From assembly GCA_000004695.1 (NCBI GenBank), contig CM000153.2:4288001-4352000 (forward strand): 64,000 nucleotides of DNA, read 5' to 3'. Of this stretch, positions 49,464 through 60,984 are shown piece after piece. Position numbers and translations under genes: made by a program. Source of the stretch: Dictyostelium discoideum (taxonomy: Eukaryota). The notes beneath the pieces were generated by a model. It was not told the origin of the DNA. It made no database searches and saw nothing but the letters and a program-made list of their open reading frames with translations. Numbering within the stretch: position 1 is the first letter of the stretch; the number at the start of each line of letters is the position of its first letter.

Positions 49464-52400
49464 ATGAAAAGGTTTTTCATTGTAATATTATTTATTTTAC
49501 TTGTCTGCATTTTTAATGTAAAATCAGAAGAACAATTGGGGGAGATCGAAATATCTAAAAATAGTTTTTCAATTGACACAAATGCCATCAATGTAAGTAT
49601 TAATAAAATAAATTGAAATTATTTATCAAAAACTGGCAAAAAATTAAGCCCTTTGTTTCATTTTTTATTAATTTTTATTTTTTTTTTTTGACTTTTTTCT
49701 TTTTTTTTTTTTTTTTTTTTAATCCCAAAGGCCGAAATTAATTATGTTATTGATAATAGTATAACCAAACCAAAATTAATAGTTACATTATTATCAGGGG
49801 ATGTAAATAGCATAGAAGATATAACATCAATTTCAAAAGATAAATCAACCTTGACATTTGGTGATTTTTCATCATTATCATTAGGCAATAAACAAAGTAA
49901 TAATAATAATAGAATTGTATTAATGATAGCGACAATCACAGGTTCTTTATTATTCATTAGATTTAATATTGGTTTTAATAAATCAACAACATTAATAATT
50001 TTAATTATTGGTACAATCTTTTTAATTGGGTCAAGTCATTCAATAACATTATCAGAAGTTTCAATTCGTATTGATATTAAAGTACCATCAACATTTAAAT
50101 TTGAAAAATTAGATTTGAAATTAGGTTCTGGTTCTTCAAATATTATTGGTTTATCTTCAAATTCAATCAATATTGATAGTTGTTTAAATTTAAAAGATCA
50201 CAAAATCAATTTATCAGACACAACAATTACATCAGCTTTAAATATTTGTTCAACTAAAAATATTGATATTAAAAATTTAAAACAATCATCAAATTCTTTA
50301 ATAAATTTAAAAACAAATTCAAATATTACTTTAAATTTTGGTGTAGGTAATTAATTATTATATATAAAAAAAAAAAAAATAATAATAATAATACATACTA
50401 AAAAAAAAAAAAAAATAGAATGGATATAGTGGTTTATTAGATATTTATAGTAATAGTTTAAAAATCGATGAAGCTTGTGATATTAAAGTGGATGGTTTAA
50501 ATACTACTGGTAGTTGTAATGAAGGTACTTCTTCTAAATTAGTTATCAATGCTAATGGAGTCACAATCACTGGTACTACTCCAACAACCACTCCAACAAC
50601 CACTCCAACAACCACACCAACAACTACACCAACAACTACTCCAACAACTACTCCAACAACTACTCCAACAACTACTCCAACAACTACTCCAACAACTACT
50701 CCAACAACTACACCAACAACTACACCAACAACAACACCAACAACAACACCAACAATAACTCCAACAACTACACCAACAACTACACCAACAACTACACCAA
50801 CAGATTCATGTCCAACAACATCAACATGGAGACCAACAATGGCATCATCAAGTTCACCAAGTTCACCATCATTTTCAAGTGTAACACCAATATTAGATTT
50901 TAATTTTGATAAAAGCAATTTAGGATTTAGATCAAGATATAAGTTCAATGAAAAAAGTATTTCAGATGGACCAAATGGTATTGCAAATTCATTTTCTATT
51001 AATTTTAATGAAACCTATTCACCAGATAGTAATTGGTTAATTTCAAAGATACCATCACCAGCATTAAGAGCCAACGTAAATTATGTATTCTCTTTTAATT
51101 TTAAATTGGGTCAGGCATTATCAAGTGATAATACAATTTCTTCAGTGACAATTTCATTTTATAGTCCAATTGATTTACCAGACCCAAATGTATTGGAATA
51201 TTTCGATCAACCAACTGCTTCACCATTATTTACAAAAACAATTACCACTGGTAGTTTCTCAAGCTCAACAACTTTTCAAGCAAATAGCATATCAATTAAA
51301 CCAACCACTGATATTGGTTTATCATTAATTGCAATTCAAATCATTCGTACCAAACAAAATAGTATTCCAATTAATTTATATTTTAGTGAAATGAAATTAA
51401 GCATTCCATCGAAATCAATTATTGATCCAACAACATTTTTAACTAAAGATTCAGAATTGATTAATATTCCAAAAGCATCAGCATCATTTGATTCACAAGA
51501 TCCATCAACATGTCCATATTTAGCAACTGATTTAGTTCATTGGCATGATAAATCCATTTGGAGTTCTGGTATTGTACCTTTACCTAACGCATCGAGTAAT
51601 ATTATTTTACCAGCTGGTAAAAGAGTTTTAATTAGTCCATGTTCAATTTCACAAACTGATATCTATAAAAAAATAACCATTCCACCAACAAGTGAATTGA
51701 TTTTTAGTGATGTCAATATGACAATGCATGTTCAAGATATCTATGTTCAAGGTAAATTCACTATGGGTACAAAAGAATGTCGTTACAATGCCTATATAAA
51801 TCTAATTTTTCATGGTACTAAAACCACCAGTGATACTATTGCCACCAATTTCGGTTCAAAAGGTATTGCAGTTGCTTCGGGTGGTTTCATTTCAGTACAA
51901 GGTAAACAATATCATAATACTTGGAGTAAATTATCAACCACTGCATGGTCTGGTGATTCTACAATCTATATTCAAGATTCTGTAAATTGGGAAGTTGGCC
52001 AACAGGTTTTAATAACAACAAGTGTCTACAAGGATGAATTGTACAATCAGAATGAGGTTTTAACAATTGCTGCAATCTCTGGTAAGAAAATTCAATTTAC
52101 AAGTGCACTTAAATATTACCATTATGGTGGTCAAGAATATCAAGCAGAGGTTGGTTTACTCTCAAGAAGAATCGTATTCCAAGGTGATCAAAGTTCATCG
52201 GATCCTCAACAATTTGGTGGTCATGTATTGGTTAGTGGTGAAGGTCAATTCTCGGGTTTATCATTGGTTCGTTTTGGTCAAAAAAATATTAAAGGTCGTT
52301 ATCCACTTCATTATCATTTGGCAAATAATGTTCAAAAATCTTATATCTCTGATTGTTCAGTTATTGATAGTTATTATCGTTGTTATACAATTCACGGTAC

Positions 52401-54099
52401 CAATGGTGTGACATTAACTAGAAATGTTGCATTCAATGCCATTGGTCATTGTTATTATTTAGAGGATGGTGTAGAAGTTGATAATACAATCTCTTACAAT
52501 TTAGGTGCTTTTGTTCATACCATTGGCACACCGGCCGCTGGTTACAATCAATATGGTCAAGATTTCCTACAATCATCCGATCTTACTCAACCTGCCGATT
52601 CAGCTGCTGCATGTTATTATATTACAAATGCAGCAAATTCTTTCATTGGTAATGCAGCATCTGGTGGTTGGTCAGGTTTCGCATTCCCAAATTTACCACG
52701 TCCAATAGGTAATCATCTTTCAGTTTCAATAGTACCATCACAATTTATTGCAAAAGTTTGGGAAGGTAATACAGCTCATAGTTCAGGTTATTATTTCGAA
52801 TTTGGTGCTTCAATTTATGTTGGTGGTTTATTAACTTATAATGATGCCACTGGTTTATTACAATATAGTAGTGGTAGAGAATCAAGAGATACCTATTTGA
52901 CTGGATATAACACTTCAGCAGCAGTTTGGATGAGATTTAACAATACTAAAGTTTATCTTAGCAATAGAGGTTTATCAATGTGGGGTGAAAGAACTGAGGC
53001 AGTCAATTTGGAGAGTCATGACTCTAGAAGACCTGCTTCATTATTTGGTGAAGCATGGTTATCAAATGCAATCGTCAATGGTCAATCGGGTAATATCTTA
53101 TCAGCAAGTGTCGAATACACTAGACAAGGTTTCCAATTTTATGATACTTACGTTCAGACCATCATTAGTAATATCATCTTTAGAAATTTTATAAAGTATC
53201 AAAATGCATCATCCAATGAAGAAGATAATAGAGTCATCATTAGTATGACACATAGTTCAGAATTCCTTCCACAAGGTATATCAGTATCAAAGAATATCAC
53301 AATTCAAAACACTGCTACCTCACAATTCATCGGTCATAATATTCCTGTCAATAGTACTGGTAGTAGTAGATTCTTTAATTTCATCGATTGGGATGGTAGT
53401 TTAACAGGTAAAAATGTTCCAACCCTAATTGGATCTCATGAGAAATTTTGGCAATTCGATAATACTTGTTCATTCAATTCAGATTGGAATTGTTATGTTT
53501 GTACTAAAGGTACAAGAGAGATTGCCAATGTTCAATTCTGGGTACCAGGTTTAATTTCAAGAGATGATGCTCAAAATAATGATGATTCAATTGGTAGCAT
53601 TTCATTATTTGGTGATGGAATAACTGATCGTCGTTCAACTAGAGTCATTCATACCGCTGGTATCACTGGTGTTAGTAATTCAGGTTGGTACCTTTATTTA
53701 ACCGATGGTACTCCAACTTATATGAAAATTTGGTTAGCTCAAGTAATTTACAATAATTATCTATTCATTGCAATTCCTTATCCAGCAACTACAACATTCT
53801 CTGTTAGTTCAGAGTATAAATATAATAGTAATTACAATTTCAATTTCACTCAAACATCTTCAGCTTCCGCAGTTAGAAGTGGTGATGGTAAGAAATATTA
53901 TTTCGATGGTACTCATTTATTCATTAAAGTCATTAACTTTAGATTAAATGGTACTGAAAGTTTTGATCGTGGTGGTGCAAAAGTTTACGATGTTTATTGG
54001 GAATTCCTCATTCATATCACTGCTTCAAATACAATAAAGCCACCAGTAAATGGTTTCTTTAAAGGGTTAACTGATACTTTACCATCTTCAAATTTGTAA
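49464..54099 (+). CDS. Large secreted G8-domain protein resembling CEMIP/TMEM2 (KIAA1199), which have a hyaluronidase-like fold. It has a signal peptide, a middle exon, a (TTTP)n mucin-like linker and a ~1100-aa G8/GG-type domain. Exons: 49464..49592, 49731..50342, 50419..54099; about 1470 aa.
   Basis: Signal peptide MKRFFIVILFILLVCIFNVKS. The donor is GTAAGT. The second donor GTAGGT is weak and less certain. A 29-copy TPTTTP repeat lies at 50573-50800. Downstream is VRFGQKNIKGRYPLHYHLANN…YRCYTIHGTNGVTLTRNVAFNAIGHCYYLEDG, then a cysteine-containing region (…CSFNSDWNCYVCTKG…). These are collinear with the CEMIP G8/GG region (…GRYPVHFHL…SRCVTVHGSNG…GHCFFTEDG…). The call is from memory of that family. 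Confidence 0.6.
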
Positions 54100-54188
54100 A
54101 ATTAAAAATTAAAAATTAAAAATATAAAGTATAAAATAAAATAAAATAATAAATTTTATTTTTAAATTTTAATAATTATAATTGTAAA

Positions 54189-55063
54189 TTAATAAAAAAA
54201 AATTGAAAATAATAATAATAATAATAATAGTATTAAATTTGAAGATAGTTTTATAGATGAATTATTGTTATCATTATTATTGTAATTGTTATCATCATCA
54301 TTATTATTGTTTTCATTATTATTATTATTATTTGTATTTGTATTCGTATTAGTTTTAAATTGACAATCTTCACAAATTCTAAAAGAGTCACCTCTATCTT
54401 TACCAATAATTAACATTGCAACAGAATTTAATTGAAAAGCAGTTGGATTTTCCATTTGACATTCAATTGAATTAAATGTTGATTTCTTTACAAAACAAAT
54501 CTCTGTGTCTCCTGATGTTATTGAAATATCAGAGATATTATATGAGAAATATTTACCTTTAATTATTAGTTGATTTGATTTTAAAATTACATTTTTAATA
54601 TCTGGTTGTTTAGTTTTATCTGTTGAAAAAATGTAATCATTATTTTCAATTTCAATAATTAAAATATCAGGAACCGTTACATTTTCTGCATTCTTTGGCC
54701 AATTACTTTTAAATTGGTTCTTTGCTTTATCATATTTCCATTCTAATATAACTTTAACATTATTTTTTATATCAATACTACTATTAAATGATTCATTACC
54801 AATACCATCACCCCTTAATGTAAATGTTTTATTTGGTAATTTTTCATAATTTAAATTTGGAATTATTAAATCTTATTTAATAAATAAAAAATTAAAATAA
54901 AAATAAAATAAAATATAATAAAATAAAAAAGTGAATTAATATTAAGAATAATTTAATTATTATTATGTTTTTTTTTATTTTTTTTTTTTTAATCCAATTT
55001 ACTTTGTGATAAAACAAAATTAAAAAATAAAAATATTGAAATGAGTAGTATTAATAGTTTCAT
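54189..55063 (-). CDS. Secreted protein with signal peptide and a C-terminal hydrophobic tail (GPI-anchor-like), about 247 aa. Two exons: 55003..55063 and 54189..54871.
   Basis: Exon 1 (MKLLILLISIFLFFNFVLSQ) ends at a GTAAAT donor. The acceptor AATAAG precedes exon 2 (…LIIPNLNYEKLPNKTFTLRGDG…ICEDCQFKTNTNT…[23 protein letters not shown]). No family recognised. Confidence 0.45.
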
Positions 55064-55760
55064 TATTTTAATTAAATAAAAAAATGAAAATTGAATAAAA
55101 GAAAAAAAAAAATGATTAGAAAAAAAAAAAAAAAAAAATATTATATATATAAACCCCAAAAAAAAAAAAATTCACACTTAAAACAATTATCCAAAACCGT
55201 ATCTGACTTTTTTTATTTTTATTTTTATTTTTATATTTTTTTTATTTTTTTTATTTTTATTTTTATTTTATTATTACAATTAGATAAATATAATATATAA
55301 AAAAGAGAAAGATGTGGGTTGTATGGTGTGGTAACATTAGTATTTTTACCAAAAGTAGTTATATTATATGAGAAAAAAATAATTTTGGTATTTTTGACAA
55401 TTATAATTCAATTTGTTAAATTCGATTTTCAGTTTTATTTTAAAATAATAATCCAAATCAAAGGTTCCAAAATTAGCTATCATAAAAAATATTATATTTA
55501 TTTTTTAAATCTTTTTTTTGTCCCACAAATTCAAGTTAAATCTTTTTTTTTGATCAAAAATAAAATAAAATAAAATAAAACAAAAAAAATAAAATAAAAT
55601 AAAATAAACATCATTTAATTTTTCCAAAAACCCTTTTTTTTGTTTTTTTTTTATTTTTTTTTATTTTTTATATTTTTTTTTTTATTATTTTTTTTTTAAA
55701 TTTTTTTTTTTTTTTACTTTTTTTTTAATTAATGAATGTGTGCCCACATAAAAATTAAAG

Positions 55761-56343
55761 ATGAATAAAGTTATATTATTATTCTTTTTATTTATAACAT
55801 ATAGTAGTAATCTTTTAGTTCAATCGCAAACTTTAACAAATATAACAAAATATCCAGATACATCGCAATTACAATACGATCAATCATACTTAAGAATATG
55901 TACAAATCTTTTTGAACAAATTGTCAATTTTAATACAACTTTATCTGTTGAATTTGTTTATGATGCATGTTATACTTGTGAATATCAAAATTTAGTTGTT
56001 TTGGAGTAAGTAAATAATATTGATATTAATAAAAAAATTGGGGGCACCAATTTACTTTTTTTTTTTTTTTTTTGTAAACTTAATCTAATTATAAAATGTA
56101 CAATTTTTTATAGTTCATCAAGTTCAAAATATATTATTATGCCAAGTACGTTTGGATATAAATTTAATATTAGTGTATTATATAATGGAAAAGCACAAGA
56201 TGATATATTATATTTATCATTTCATGAAACATTTGGTGAATATGGTATCTATGACATTAGTGTAAACATTTCTACAGTAAATGTAACAAAGTAAGTATAA
56301 ATATATAATAATTATTATTATTATTATTTTATTATTATTATTA

Positions 56344-56376
<33 letters not shown>

Positions 56377-57981
56377 AAAATTTATCATTCAGTTAAAACA
56401 TTAAAAGAACCAATTAATTCAGAGATACCAATTGCAGTATTATTTTCAATTTTAGTTGGTATGGCAATTTTATGGCCATTTATAGTTTATTTATATAAGA
56501 GAAGTAAAAGAGATTCATTAGAGTATCAATTGATGGCAAGTGTTGAAAGAGAGAATAGAAAAAAAGATAGATTAAGATCATTGGATGTATTTAGAGGATT
56601 TTCAATCACAATTATGATCTTTGTGAATTACGGTGGTGGTGGATATTGGTTCTTTAATCATAGTTTATGGAATGGTTTAACCGTTGCAGATTTAGTTTTC
56701 CCATGGTTTGTTTTCATCATGGGTATTGCAATGCCATTATCATTTCATGCCATGGAGAAAAGAGGTACACCAAAGAGAATCATCTTTCAAAAGTTATTAC
56801 GTAGATCAATCATTTTATTCGCGTTAGGTTTATTCATAAACAATGGTGTCGATTTACAACAATGGAGAATTTTAGGTGTACTTCAAAGATTTTCAATCTC
56901 TTATTTAGTGGTTGGTTCAATTATGTTATTCGTACCAATATGGAAATTTAGATCTTCACCAAATGATACTATAAATATTAATGATGGTAGTAGCGGTGGT
57001 GGTGGTGGTATTGGTATTCAATCACAACAACAGCATCAATCACAACAATATAATCATTCATCACAACAGTATAGTCAACAACAGGTATTTTTAATACCTC
57101 AAGAAGTGGTTGAACAACAATCAATTTTAAATGGACCATCAATGAATAATATTAAAGATACTGATACTTTTGTTAAAGGTAATATATATATGTCAATGAT
57201 ACAACATGAGACTGTGATTAGTAAATATTTTTCAGATATAGCTCCATATTGGATTCAATGGGTATTTGCTTTAATCATTTTTTCAGGTTGGTTCCTATTG
57301 ATGTTTTTAGTGCCTGTACCAGGTTGTCCAACTGGTTATTTGGGTGCTGGTGGTTTGGCAGATCAAGGTAGATATCAACATTGTACAGGTGGTGCTGCAC
57401 GTTTAATAGATTTGAAAATTTTCACTGAAGCTCATATCTTTCAAAATCCAACATGTCTTGAGGTTTATAAAACACCATCCTACGATCCAGAAGGTACCGT
57501 TGGTTATTTAACAAGTATTTTCCTTTGTTTTATTGGTGTTCAAGCGGGTAGAATCATTCTAACATATAAGTCAAATAGATCACGTTTAATACGTTGGATG
57601 GTTTGGTCAGTGGTACTATGTGGTATCGCTGCTGGGTTGTGTGGGTTAACTCAAAATCAAGGTTGGTTACCAGTTAATAAGAATCTTTGGTCACCATCTT
57701 TCATTTTGTTGATGGCTGGTTTTGGTTTCTTTGTTTTAACCGTAATGTTTATTTTGATTGATATCAAAAAGATTTGGAATGGTTCACCATTCATTTATGT
57801 TGGTATGAATCCAATCACCATCTATTGTGGCCATGAAATTTTGGGAACTTATTTCCCTTTCTCTTTCAATGTTACCTATCAAACTCATTCATTATATTTA
57901 CTTTCCAATTGTATTGGTGTTGGTTGTTGGTTATTAATAGCTTATCAAATGTATAGAAATAAATTATTTATTAATATTTAA
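55761..57981 (+). CDS. hgsnat: Heparan-alpha-glucosaminide N-acetyltransferase homolog (HGSNAT/TMEM76 family lysosomal multi-pass acetyltransferase). Exons: 55761..56005, 56114..56290, 56376..57981; about 675 aa.
   Basis: The TM-domain core is collinear with human HGSNAT. Dictyostelium: [51 protein letters not shown]…[38 protein letters not shown]…YDPEGTVGYLTSIFLCFIGVQAG…LPVNKNLWSPSF…IYCGHEIL. Human: [52 protein letters not shown]…[39 protein letters not shown]…[23 protein letters not shown]…IPVNKNLWSLSY. The N-terminal luminal domain carries the signal peptide MNKVILLFFLFITYSS. Both donors are GTAAGT. The only exon-3 acceptor that keeps the frame is the AAAAG inside an A-run at ~56374-75. 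Confidence 0.85.
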
Positions 57982-58352
57982 ATTAAATATTATTCTGAAA
58001 AAAAAATAAAAAATAAATAAAAAAAAAAAAATTATAAATAAAATAAAATTAAAAAATACAGCAACTCAATTTAAATTTTTAAATTATAATAAAAAGATAA
58101 TCGGTTTGGGAGAAAATTAAAAAAAAGTTTGGATTTATTTTTATTTTAAATCTTGGTTATTTTACAAATCTTTACTATTTTTTAAATAATTGTCAAGTTA
58201 AAAAAAAAAAAAAACAGAGTTTGATTGAAAAAATAACAAAGATATTAAGCATATATATGTGTTGTTATTTTTATTACTATTGCTTTTTTTTTAATTTTGA
58301 TAGTTGAATGTTAATTAGTTTATACTCTAAACTTTTTTTTTTTTTTTTTTTT

Positions 58353-58470
58353 AATATAATTAATTTTTTTAAATATATATATATATAATTAATTTTTTTT
58401 AATATATATATATAATTAATTTTTTTTAATATATATATATAATTAATTTTTTTTTTTTTTTAAAAATAAT
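58353..58470. repeat. Tandem repeat of about 27 bp, (AATATATATATATAATTAATTTTTTTT) x ~4, in intergenic DNA.
   Basis: Visible at 58356-58466. Confidence 0.6.
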
Positions 58471-58921
58471 TAATTTTTTTTTTTTTATAAATCTATTTAT
58501 CTATATTCATATTAAAAATAAATAAAATTAAATTAAATTAAATCATTGCTAAAATAAAATAAATGAAAAAAATGAAAAAAAAAAAAAATAAAAAAAAAAA
58601 AATAAAAAAAAATAAAAAAAAACGATTGAAAAATATGGAATAAAAAAAAGAAATAATTTTATAATGTATAAATTTAAAAAAAAAAAAGATTTACTTTATA
58701 ACTATTTATTTTCATGGAAGGTTATTAATTTTCATTTTTTGATTTTTATAACCCCACAAACAAAAAAAAAAAACTTTTTTTTTTTTTTCAAAAAAAAAAA
58801 TTTCAAAAAAGTTGGTTATAAATTTCAAAATTCTTCACTCATCGACAAATAAAAAAAAAAATTAGTTATTTTATTTTTTATTTATTTGTTTTTTTAAATT
58901 TTTTTTTTTTTTTCAACAATA

Positions 58922-59872
58922 ATGATGGTTTCTTTTGATAATAATAATAACAATAACAATAATAATAAAACAACACTCTCATTAATTAATTCAAATGAAT
59001 TTTTAATATTATGGCAAGATAAGAAAATTAGTGATGGTGATTCAATTGAATTTATAGTATCAAATTTATTATCAATATTAATTAATGAAGAAGAAGAGAA
59101 AGAAAGGAATTCATATGAAAATGGAATAAATTATAATAATGGATCAGGATATGAATATTTACATTCATTTTATAATCCAAAAGGATTTAAACCAAGTATT
59201 TCAATCACTGATTTCACTTATAGATTAGTAAAGTATTTAGGATGTAGTAAATCATGTTTTATAATTGCATTAATTTATTTAGATAGAATCATTGAATCTG
59301 ATAAATTTAAAGTACCAATCAATGGTTATAATGTACATAGAATTTATTTTACATGTATTTTAGTTTCAATTAAATTCTTTGATGATTATTTTTACCCATT
59401 AGATATTTATTCAAGAGTTTGTGGTGTATCATTAGAAGAAACAAGTAGAATGGAAAGACAATGTATAAAATTATTAGATTTCAATGTAAATATCAATTTA
59501 AATCAGTTTAATGATTATTTATCAATTTTAGATTATAAAGGTTTCATTCAATTCGAAATTGAAAATCAACCTTCTGATGAAGAAGATAATGAAGAAGAAG
59601 AAGAAGAGGATAATGAAGAGGAGGAAGAAGAAGAAAACTATAAAGAAGAGGAAGAATATCAAGAAAGTATTGATGATTATGAAAATAGAATTAATATTGT
59701 TGAAAAGGTTAGTTATAATCATAATGATGGAGACAATTATCATAGTGGTGGTAGTAATAGTAATAATTCAATGATTAACTCTCCTCAAGAAGTACCATTG
59801 AATTTACCACAAAGATTAATTAATAAAAGTAGAATTACAAAATCAGATACTCTTATTATAAACTTTAATAAA

Positions 59873-59927
<55 letters not shown>

Positions 59928-60214
59928 GCAATAATGGTAGTGAAAACAATAGTAATAATAGTAGTAGCGATAGTATACCGACTATTATGTTTGGTGGTAG
60001 TGGTAATAATATAAACAACTACCCATCAAGAGCAATAACAATTGAAAGTAGATTAAAAGGTAACACTTTAAGTCAAAGTTTAGATAGTAAAGATATATTC
60101 TTAAGAAATTCAACAAAACGTTTCCCATCTAAGTTTTCAATTTCACCAGATTTAAGATCAAAATTCATTATTAGTAAAAGTAGTAGTAGTGGTAGTAAAT
60201 CAATTAAAAAATAA
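58922..60214 (+). CDS. Cyclin-like protein of the Pho80/PCL (cyclin P/U) type, 430 aa. It has Asn-rich and acidic low-complexity regions.
   Basis: The cyclin-box region is YRLVKYLGCSKSCFIIALIYLDRIIESDKFKVPINGYNVHRIYFTCILVSIKFFDDYFYPLDIYSRVCGVSLEETSRMERQCIKLLDFNVNI, typical of the PHO85-cyclin family (LIYLDR…RLFLTCLMLASKFLDD-like). Single ORF with an ATG start. Confidence 0.7.
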
Positions 60215-60547
60215 TTTATTTTTTATAAATAGATTTTATTTTAATTAATTATAAAATTAATGTTGTACAATATAATAATAAAAAAAAAAAAATAAAAATA
60301 AAAACTTATTTTTCAGAGTGTATCTTTTATTTTTTTTTTTTTTTTTTATTTTGCCCGGTTATTTTTTTTTATTATAAAAAAAAATAATAAAAAAAAAAAA
60401 AGATATTTTCCAAACCACCCCAACCTTTTATAATTTTTATTTTTATTTTTTTTTTTTTATTTTTATTTTTTTTTTTATTTTTATTTTTATTTTTTTTTTT
60501 TTTCTTTTTTCTGATCTACAAACGAGCCCAATAAATAATTAAAAAAA

Positions 60548-60953
60548 ATGAAATTATTATTTTTTTTAATCTTTTTTTTATTAATAAATTTTAATATTTT
60601 TGTTGAGTCCCTAAAAATTACTGATCTATCAACAAAATCATCACTCAATCAGTATTCAGATGGACCGAATCAAAATAATTTTCCAACATGTAAATTTGTT
60701 GTAGTATTATTTTTAGAATTGTCTGAAAGTACAAATGATATCCGTTTATTCCAACCAGAATATAGTCAACAAATCTATTCACATTCCACTTCTCCATCAA
60801 ACGGCAATAAAACTTTAATTTATCAAATTGAAAGCTGGGCCTCTGATTCAAAAAATGGTTTAATAGTTGGTAATTACACATTTGGCGAGATATATCCAAA
60901 TGGAACAATAGCAGTATCTAATATAAATAAAAACTTTTATTGTTCTGGTAAAT

Positions 60954-60984
<31 letters not shown>

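Noticed and set aside
50445-50948. ORF 50445..50948(-) (VVGVVVGV…) and 50549..50758(+) (QQLLQQ…)
   Set aside because: These are antisense or off-frame translations of the (ACTCCAACAACT)n repeat encoding the TTTP linker.
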